From Catajapyx aquilonaris (taxonomy: Eukaryota), in assembly GCA_000934665.2 (NCBI GenBank), contig JYFJ02003845.1, positions 1 through 36,958 on the forward strand: a DNA stretch of 36,958 nt, read 5' to 3'. The notes beneath the pieces were generated by a model. The model was given only the letters and a program-made list of their open reading frames with translations, searched no databases and was not told the DNA's origin. A program made the position numbers and the translations under genes. Positions 1 through 7,852 of the stretch are shown here, in pieces; the first letter of the stretch is position 1; each line of letters starts with the position of its first letter.

Positions 1-238
1 TAAACTATAGATCCAATAAAATCACCAGCACATGCAAATTAATCAGCACACTTTTTAGGGCATTTCCAATGGTTTGTTGCAGCCTGACCTTTGACCTGAA
101 AGGCCCTAATATTAGGTTTTTGGTCTCGGGCCAGGCCCTACCTCGGTCTCCATCTGTCGGGTCTTTCGTAATGAGACTGTACAGAGCACAGTACATAGAT
201 ATACAGTATATCTCTCCATGTGAACAAGGATGCCCCTA
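1..238. repeat. Left arm of perfect inverted repeat (may extend beyond window start)
   Basis: 1-238 is the exact reverse complement of 537-774; the ORF track shows identical 63-aa ORFs at 5..196(-) and 579..770(+). Confidence 0.97.
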
Positions 239-536
239 GCCAAATGTATAGCAGTCCCAGTTGGCTCGTATCAGTATGAATGTGACGTAGGCGAGTGGTC
301 ACCTCTTGGGGTCATCAGGACGGACATTCGGAATCGCCGTTTCGTGGCATTGCTCTATGGATTAATAAAATAATAAATCCCCACCCACTTCTGCTGTGGG
401 TGGAGATGCGCAGATCGTTCGACGCGGTTTTAGATAGGCAAATTCTCGTGTCGGCCTGGTCACCTTCCTGTCTCTTTCACCTTCCTTACATATTCCCCCC
501 TTTCCACCCCCGCCCCGCTAGTATGCTAGTATAGGT

Positions 537-774
537 TAGGGGCATCCTTGTTCACATGGAGAGATATACTGTATATCTATGTACTGTGCTCTGTACAGTC
601 TCATTACGAAAGACCCGACAGATGGAGACCGAGGTAGGGCCTGGCCCGAGACCAAAAACCTAATATTAGGGCCTTTCAGGTCAAAGGTCAGGCTGCAACA
701 AACCATTGGAAATGCCCTAAAAAGTGTGCTGATTAATTTGCATGTGCTGGTGATTTTATTGGATCTATAGTTTA
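537..774. repeat. Right arm of perfect inverted repeat (298-bp spacer at 239-536)
   Basis: Exact reverse complement of 1-238, compared base by base. Confidence 0.97.
678..690 (+). promoter_or_regulatory. Perfect DR1 nuclear-receptor element AGGTCA-A-AGGTCA (mirror copy at 85-97)
   Basis: Exact DR1 consensus inside the inverted-repeat arms; function unknown, and the motif may simply be repeat-borne. Confidence 0.3.
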
Positions 775-1054
775 AATTGTAGGGTTAAAAATTTGGAGGG
801 GTGATAGGTTTGAGAATGGAACTCCCAGGTATAAGGTAAATGCACCCACTTGGGCAGCGGTAGGGTGGGGGTTGGGGACGGCCCACACAAACCTGAATCC
901 TTCAATTTTTGAATGATTAAATTTAAGACTTTTTTCTTCGAAAAAAGTGACCGCCCCCTCCCATTAAGCAGGTGTCTTAAAAATTTCCAAATTTTTTTTG
1001 CACCTCCCCCTCTTCCCCCCCCTCTCCACCCCTCCCCTCCCCCTCTTCGCTGCT

Positions 1055-1088
1055 CCTCTGACACCTCTGACACCTCTGACACCTCTGA
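1055..1088 (+). repeat. 9-bp tandem repeat (CCTCTGACA) x3.8
   Basis: cctctgaca cctctgaca cctctgaca cctctga. Confidence 0.9.
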
Positions 1089-1173
1089 AGGAGTGTTTGG
1101 GAAACTGCGAAGAAACAGTCGCCATCTTGGCCAGAGATGTCGGCTGCAATTTTTTTTTTCTGACTCATCAACC

Positions 1174-1246
1174 GTGGAGATTCGGGATTTGAACCCATAT
1201 CTCCCGACTGAGAGTCTGATGCGTTACCATAGTGCCACGCTCTGTG
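1174..1246 (-). pseudogene. Degenerate tRNA-derived (Arg/Trp-like) SINE head or tRNA pseudogene
   Basis: Minus strand GAGCGTGGCACTATGGTAACGCATCAGACTCTCAGTCGGGAGATATGGGTTCAAATCCCG: A box (TGGCACTATGG), B box (GGTTCAAATCC), anticodon-like arm; acceptor stem does not pair; A-run follows at 1150-1159. Confidence 0.65.
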
Positions 1247-1375
1247 GTAACGAAATTATGGGTGTTGGAAGGGTCTAGCCTATTTACCAGATGCAGTATG
1301 CATTACAATAATATTTTAAAGGGAAGGGAAAAGGACTTGTCTACTCTATAAAAGCGGAAATCGGGAAAAATGAAT

Positions 1376-1449
1376 CAGTCTCCACAGAGATTCGAACCCG
1401 CAGCCTCAGCTCCGGAGGAAGAAGCCTTAGCCCCACACCCACAGGCTAC
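1376..1449 (-). pseudogene. Degenerate tRNA-Arg(CCG)-derived SINE head or tRNA pseudogene
   Basis: Minus strand ...GGCTAAGGCTTCTTCCTCCGGAGCTGAGGCTGCGGGTTCGAATCTC resembles metazoan tRNA-Arg(CCG) (loop CT-CCG-GA, B box GGTTCGAATC); stems degenerate; TTTTT follows. Confidence 0.65.
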
Positions 1450-1548
1450 TTGCATATTCCACCCTTGAAAAACATGTACTGCCCATTCCGTCAGAAAATC
1501 GGAGGAAAAATGACCGGCAGGTTTGGGCTATAAGACTTTTATGGCTCC

Positions 1549-1572
1549 TTATTTATTTATTTATTTATTTAT
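1549..1572 (-). repeat. (AAAT)n microsatellite, probable 3' tail of a non-LTR retroelement remnant extending to about 1700
   Basis: About 6 ATTT units on plus; on minus they follow the stem-loop CCTAC-TAGTGGC-GTAGG once the 1613-1672 insert is removed. Confidence 0.6.
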
Positions 1573-1596
1573 TCTCCTTTACAAATACAGGTTATT

Positions 1597-1688
1597 AAAA
1601 CCTACGCAACTACCAAGCGGCATGTGCTGCAGGCCGACAAAGGATAAATAAAGCAAAAACAAACAAACAAACAAAACCTACGCCACTA
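1597..1688 (+). mobile_element. 5'-truncated LINE/SINE 3' end (60 bp) flanked by a 16-bp target-site duplication
   Basis: AAAACCTACGCAACTA (1597-1612) and AAAACCTACGCCACTA (1673-1688) flank an insert with stem-loop CGGC...GCCG, AATAAA and an (AAAC)n tail. Confidence 0.6.
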
Positions 1689-2289
1689 GTAGGCCTACTC
1701 GCTTGTTCTGATGGATACGACATATTTTAAATGGCTCCCTGTTCATTATTATCAGAGCATATACGAATCTGAAGATTGCGAAGATATCAAAATAATGCAC
1801 GTAATAAGAAATTTAATTGCATTTTGTCACAATATATTGCAAGTTCACATATCGTTTATTTTGTGCACCATGTAATTACACGCTAAGATAAAATAATGCT
1901 TGATGGTCGATCTTCTGACACTGCGCAGCTCCAGCCTTCCTGTAACTAGTGTAACACAATAGGGAAAGATTTGTTTTCATTTATAATGTAAGTACACCTG
2001 ATATACTACACATCAGCAAAACCGCTCGATGTAACACATCGCACTGTACACGCATAAATTAGCAATTGAAATAAACCCCAAAGTGAGTGACAGACATTTC
2101 CTAGAAACTAGCACTGCTGTTCGTCTGAATTGTCACGACACACCCTGCAGCATGATTTCCCAAGATTCTACCTTGCCTTCCCAACAAAAAATTTCGCAAA
2201 ATGCGAATTGCAATATTTTGTGGGTCTACACTAAAACTACAATAGTTTATTGTTATACACTTCCGTCACGTCACTGACAATCATTTGAT

Positions 2290-2581
2290 TCAAACAGATA
2301 TTCCCCTTGAAAATTCAGGGCTCCTCACTTGCTCATACTGTTTAATTCTGCTGGAGGTCCTTTCCTCTCTCTTCTCCAACAGATCTCGAAGGGGCCTCAC
2401 TTTGCTCATGGGCAGCTTCCAACCCTTTCGATTCAGAATGACTCCATTTTTGAGGTCAATCGCAAGCTGTCCTTTGGGCAGCTTCGGAAAGACAGTCACT
2501 CTATCTCTTAGTTTCTGCCAGATGCAAATGTACAAGCGACACAAGGGGCACTTGAAGATCAGTTTTGAAAGCCTGCTGCAC
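2290..2581 (-). CDS. pain: TRPA exon 4 (Cys-rich/basic C-terminus to TGA)
   Basis: Acceptor TTGTAG|G at 2582; in frame with ORF 2290..2544. Confidence 0.8.
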
Positions 2582-5500
2582 CTACAATGGAAAACAATAA
2601 ATAATTACTATAAAATCCTAGTCCATTTTATCTTTACCTGAAGTAATGTAGAAACCGCGATAGCTTCCCAGACTTGCAGTTGGCTTGTCCATAGAAGAAT
2701 GATTCAACGTAACACACAAACTTGACTGTGGACAGCTGACTGTAGAGTTCGGCTTGAGAGTAGATGGCTTGAGTGTCGCTCACTGCCAGTGCATGCAATA
2801 GGTTCATGAGCACAAGCACGACCATGAACAGGAACAGGAGGTACAGAAGACGAGCAACGACCATCGACGTCTCGTCGAATGAAATGTCTCGAAACTCCAG
2901 CTCTCCCAGCATCATGACAGCCAGTTTCAAGCTCATTGTTAGAGGGTTGGGGAATATGCTATTGCAAATCTCATTTTCGCATATTTCTACTGCCAAGTGC
3001 AGCGTAATCATGAACCCAATCAGCAAGGGAGTGAACACCAATAAGAACGAGATGTAGTTCTTCACAACAGCTGAGAACATAGCAGTGTATTTTGCCAGCA
3101 TGGGAAAACGTCCGATCATGGCCACAAATTCCACCCAGCTCAGGAAAATAAACAGAAGCGTGAACTCCGCATTTTCAGGTAAAACAATCATAAACAGCAA
3201 CAACGACAGTTCCAGGTAGCTCTCCCAACTTTTTACGTACACTCGAAATGCAGATATGGCTTGTATAAATTCTCGGGCCAAAAGCAACACCAGAGTAGCA
3301 TAGCAAAGTGGGATCATAATATTGTTGTAAATGCCCTGGGCTATGTGCGGAGGAATCAGCAATGAGTCCATCATCTTGAAGTTCATGGTCAAAATGTAAT
3401 TGCTCGACAGGAGGAAGAGCGAGTACAGGAGAATGTTCAAGTACAAGAATATGGAAGTGTGCTTCCACTTGAAGTAGAGGAAAGTGTCGAGGACTGGATG
3501 TTTCAGTATCTTTTTCTTGCAGGACTTGAGGTGCTTCAGCCTCTTCCATTCAGAAGAGTTATTGGATGGCCTCAGGATGTCGTACATTATTGTCGCGCTT
3601 TGAATGCGTCCTTGTCTCACCTGATTCTTCAGTACGCAGCAATCGAGGTACTCCGTCAGGGTTCGGACATTCATTCGGTCTATGGGCCTCAGTTTGCCTT
3701 CACTGCAAGCCCAGGGATCAGCCCCGTACATTAGCATCTGGACCACAGTGCTTGTGGACCGGTGCTGGACAGCGTAATGCAACGGCGTGTTCTTGTCCTT
3801 GTCTTTGTCATTTATGTAAAATGGGTAGGAACCCCTTTTGGTCAGCTTGACCAGCACTTTCTGGATGCACAGATCATAGTCCTGGGTCCCCGCCGAGTTC
3901 AAGCTGACCTGATAGAACGGGCTGTACCGACTCTTAACCCTGTTCCCCAGTCCTTGAGCCAGTATGTGCAGTATGTTCTGCGAATCATGTGTGGTGACAT
4001 GAAACCACACTGACTTCCACCTCAGAAACACTTCCAGGACTCGAAAGTGTCCCCAGGCTGCTGCCAGGAGCACAGGCGGCACAGGACACAGCTCGCAAAC
4101 CGCGTTGAGGTCAGCCCCTCTCCTGATCAAGCTTTCTACACACCCATCCATACCCAGGACCGACGACAACTGCAGAAGCGTGTAGCATCCGTTATCCACA
4201 TTCACATCCTGGATGTCCGACACCATCCGGACAAACTCATCCTCCATATGGCAGTACAACGCTTTGAACAAGTCCAGCTCCGAGCAGTGAGCTGTTATAA
4301 GGTCAACAGCCTCTTGGCAGTGCCGCGATTCAGCCATGTCCATCGCGGTCATCCCCTTCCAGGTCCTGGAATTTGGCATGACACCATCTGACTCCAGAAG
4401 CACTCGCAGCACACCCGTGGAGGTGTGGGTGTTGGCCATCTGCAACACCGCAAAGTGCAGGGGAGTCAGTCCCTCGTCGTTGTGGAAGTTGATCTGCATG
4501 TAGCTCCTTTGGTGTCCGGCCAGCAATCGCGCCACGTCCAGATGTCCGTTCAGGGTCGCCACGTGCATCGGTACGTTCCCGAGGTCGTTGCTGACCAACG
4601 GATCAGCGTTTCTCTTAAGCAGGAACGCCACCAGGCCATGTGAGCCTAACTCTGCTGCCACGTGCAAGGCCGTGTTCCCGTTGTAATCCTGCAGGTTGAT
4701 GTCCACACCTCCGTCTCGCAATGATATCAGGATCTGCTGCAGGTTCTCCTCTCGAACGGCCTTGTGGAAGTTGGCCGAGAAGTTCCTCCGAGGTGTCCGC
4801 CTGTTTCTGATCCCCGTGGGGTCGCTCAGCCACTTGCACATGACATGATGACCTTCCTCGGTGGCAATGTCGAAGGGAGACTTGCCTGCAGCGTTTCTGG
4901 CCAGCACGCTGGCCCCATGCTTGACCAGCATTTTGGCCATTTTCAAGTGGTTGTTCATGGCCGCTAGATGCAGTGGGGTGTTGGCCAGACAGTCCTTCGG
5001 GTCCACAAACGAGCCCCACTTCAGAAGAGCCTTCGACACGTCAGTATGGCCATGCTGCGAGGCCAAATGCAGGAGAGACTCACCTGTTGTTGTAAATAAA
5101 ACAATAATTGGTTTGTGGTCAAAGTAGACCCTGACAAAGAATGCTCACCGTTGTGTCCGGTCGAGTCCGACAACTCCGGGTATTGTTCGTGGAGTATCTG
5201 CAGCACCTGAAGACGGCCGGATTTGGCCGCCTGATGAAGCATGTTGTGACCTGACGAGTTGCAGACGGACACCATTGTGGCGTCTGTCTGGAGAAGCAGC
5301 TTGACGATCTCTGGGTTACCGTCGGCCACGGCCATGTGTAGGGGTGTGTCCAGGGTGCACTTGGCCTGGATGTTGGCCAGCGCACCGTTGGTGGTCAGCT
5401 GCTTGCACAGGTCCAGCCGACCGTTTCTGGCCGAGTAGTACAATGGAGAGCGGTTCAGGTCGTCTGTCAGGTTGACATCGGCGCCATGGGACAACAGGAG

Positions 5501-6002
5501 GGCAAAGGTCGATGGGTCTTGGATGTTCTTGATGGCCGATAGCAGCAGGGGGCTCTCTCCTCGCTTGTTGGTCACATTCACACCAGCGCCTGAAGACAGA
5601 AGACGGCGCAGGAAATCCTGGGATTTATAACCTCTGCTCATGGCTGTGATGGCCATATGCAATGGACTGTCCCCTTGGACGTTCCTAGACTCGATGTCCG
5701 CTCCGAGCGTGACAAGCTCCTCGGCTATGTGCATCTTTCCTAGCGCCAAGGCCTCGTGCAGTGGTCCCCAGGTGCCATCAGGGTACCGCGATGGCCAGTT
5801 GGACTCTGATGACAGTTTCTTACGTATGGCGTCCAAGTCATCTCGAGCAACGTCTTCGATTAGAGAAGACGAGGCCTTGCTTCCCTGAAATGTTCGCGTA
5901 TCTAGTACAGTCAGTGTGAACAGACAGGCCATATTGACACAATATTTTCTCTTGATGAGGAAATCATACCTCTTCCATTTTGACAAGATCGGCGGAGTCC
6001 AT
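2290..6002 (-). CDS. pain: TRPA-family cation channel, Painless-like, about 1168 aa; join(complement 5970-6002, 5149-5884, 2638-5083, 2290-2581)
   Basis: About 19 ankyrin repeats, pre-S1 LKHPVLDTFLYFKW, six TM helices, pore MMLGELEF, S6/TRP-like LMNLLHALAVSDTQAIYSQAEL (the AVSDTQ..AEL pattern is Painless-type). All three introns are GT-AG and phase-consistent (3507 nt). TRPA assignment is firm; the Painless orthology call is less certain. Confidence 0.85.
2638..5083 (-). CDS. pain: TRPA exon 3 (remaining ankyrin repeats, S1-S6, TRP-like helix)
   Basis: ORF 2634..5066 extended to acceptor ACAG|GT at 5084, giving GESLLHLASQHG; donor AG|GTAAAG at 2637. Confidence 0.93.
5149..5884 (-). CDS. pain: TRPA exon 2 (ankyrin repeats 1-6)
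   Basis: Within ORF 5021..6130; GPLHEA, SPLHMA, TPLHMA motifs; donor G|GTGAGC. Confidence 0.9.
5970..6002 (-). CDS. pain: TRPA exon 1 (MDSADLVKMEE)
   Basis: CAAAA-ATG-G start context; donor GAG|GTATGA; phase 0 matches acceptor TTTCAG|GGA at 5885. An alternative in-frame ATG at 5932 is possible. Confidence 0.6.
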
Positions 6003-6021
6003 TTTTGAGTGACACAAAAAG

Positions 6022-6130
6022 CTGAGTAAACATTTGCTCTGACTGAAGGTGTCCTGCTGAGTGGATAATTAGTCCCGCACCCTATAGAATTAAAGTAAAG
6101 TCTTGAGCCTTTAAAAAGTTTCCCACTCAC
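6022..6130 (-). other. Candidate 5'-UTR intron of the TRPA gene
   Basis: Consensus donor GTGAGT at 6130 and acceptor TTTACTCAG at 6022, about 20 nt upstream of the ATG; no transcript evidence. Confidence 0.35.
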
Positions 6131-7239
6131 ACAGTCCCAGCAGGGACAATGACAAGTATATTTACAAATGTCATGAAAATCGGCTACATTTTTTGCAGCA
6201 TAGTCAATAACATCTACTTACTTGGCATGGCATGTACTAAAGCTGGTTAGCATAATATGATCTTCCTATGGTGGACTACAGCAACTTGACCAGAATAATT
6301 TTCCTTAGCTACAAGTAAGCAGTCTTTCTTCCTCAAGGAAGAGGTACCATGGTGTGATTCAAAAGCAGCAATATCAAGTGTTTCCTTACATCCCGGATAG
6401 TCGTGGTTAGCACTTATCTCACAGGAAGTTTATTTTGCCAGTAGGAAAGAAATAATCTGACAAGGGAATGGCCTTCACAAATTAAACTTAATTGATTGAC
6501 TTAAGGCTGTACACAATCTTAGCTCTCAAAACTGTATATCACTACTATCTAAAAATTTCATTTAGGGACTATTCGATAGGAAACATATTCGTATCTCCAC
6601 TGCACCTCCTGGAAGTTTGTAACTTACCTTCACTGTATAGTTAAAACAGGAGAATTGAATATGATATTCTGCAATTAAATGGCAGGAAAATTAAAAAAAG
6701 CATATGTATATACTGAATACTGTATAGTGCTTTATACAAGAAATATGTTACAAGAAGTTTCCGATGTCAACATCCGTCTTTAACAGCAGCAACATGTCAC
6801 CATAACTTTCTGATATGCTATATATTTTAATGATTTGGAGTATAATTTTCTTTCATTTTGGCGAGTGAAACTAGATTAATACTCAAAATATTTATCTTCT
6901 CTGCTTAGACTCTTTTCCACAAATATTCAATTCCCATCAAGCATTTACTTCAATATCATATAGTTTTTTATACTCTCAAATTTGAAACAGCAAGCAACTC
7001 AACAACAATAATTCTCTCTCGCATTTTCATGGAATGAAACAGAGATACATAAAAAATTGCACCACACAATATTACATCTTAGAAAAAAGATGTGTGAAAC
7101 GAAGCTAAGTTGTCCTCAAAAATGGTCATACACTAAATCTGCCCTCTCTGGATTATATGTACACTGAGGTTACAAATCAGCACCAAATACACGCCACCTT
7201 CGCTTGGCCACTAATTTGGGTAAAACTTGTATTTGAACA

Positions 7240-7245
7240 TTTATT
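7240..7245 (-). terminator. Candidate polyadenylation signal (AATAAA) for the RhoGAP gene
   Basis: AATAAA on minus about 500 nt after the stop, in an AT-rich 3' region; another copy at 6429-6434. Confidence 0.3.
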
Positions 7246-7737
7246 GTTTTTTAAAAAACGAACAGAAAACAATGTCAATAATGCATTATGTGGTTTGGTC
7301 GCATTTGGTGCACATCTACTTATTGATATTATGACAATGAGTTTCGAATATTTTATACCTTACTTTTTTTTCAGATTCCCTGAGGGTTCAACCATAACAT
7401 GTTCATTATTTATCCTGTTATAATGAGTGACTAGCCTCACAAAAAAGTAAGAAAATGTGGTCTTTAAAGCTCGCTTGGTTATGTAAGTTACTTGCTCCCA
7501 TTTTTGTCTTTCGCACCCTGTAATGCCTCTACGGTCCAGAAAAGCATGACAAGAATTTTTTTTATATGTACGCGCATGTAACTGAGGCAGCTTCTCTCCT
7601 AAAAATATACTTTGGCAGCCTGTCGTCAAAACATTATTTGATATCAACTTTTTGGGGGGGCTGAGACACACCTTTTGTTTTTTTGATATACCGGTTCAAA
7701 TCCTTCACACCTCCGCACACTGGAAATTAGAAATGTC

Positions 7738-7852
7738 TCAGACTTTACTCTCTGGTCCCTCGGCGGTGTGTCGGAAGGAATCGCGTATCCGGCTCAGGTA
7801 CAAGGCGCAGATGTGTCCATAGCACTTGTTGTACCATGTTGGGGACCTTCCT
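7738..7852 (-). CDS. cv-c: cv-c last exon, ending in PDZ-binding motif ESKV
   Basis: GRSPTWYNKCYGHICALYLSRIRDSFRHTAEGPESKV*; CGCAG acceptor. Confidence 0.93.

Noticed and set aside
300..348. Hammerhead-like cores on minus (GAAACGG...CCGTC-CTGATGA)
   Set aside because: No stem I between the GTC triplet and CTGATGA and no stem II closing onto GAAA; the topology is incomplete.
5..770. Identical 63-aa ORFs in the two repeat arms
   Set aside because: A by-product of the inverted repeat; no recognisable protein features.
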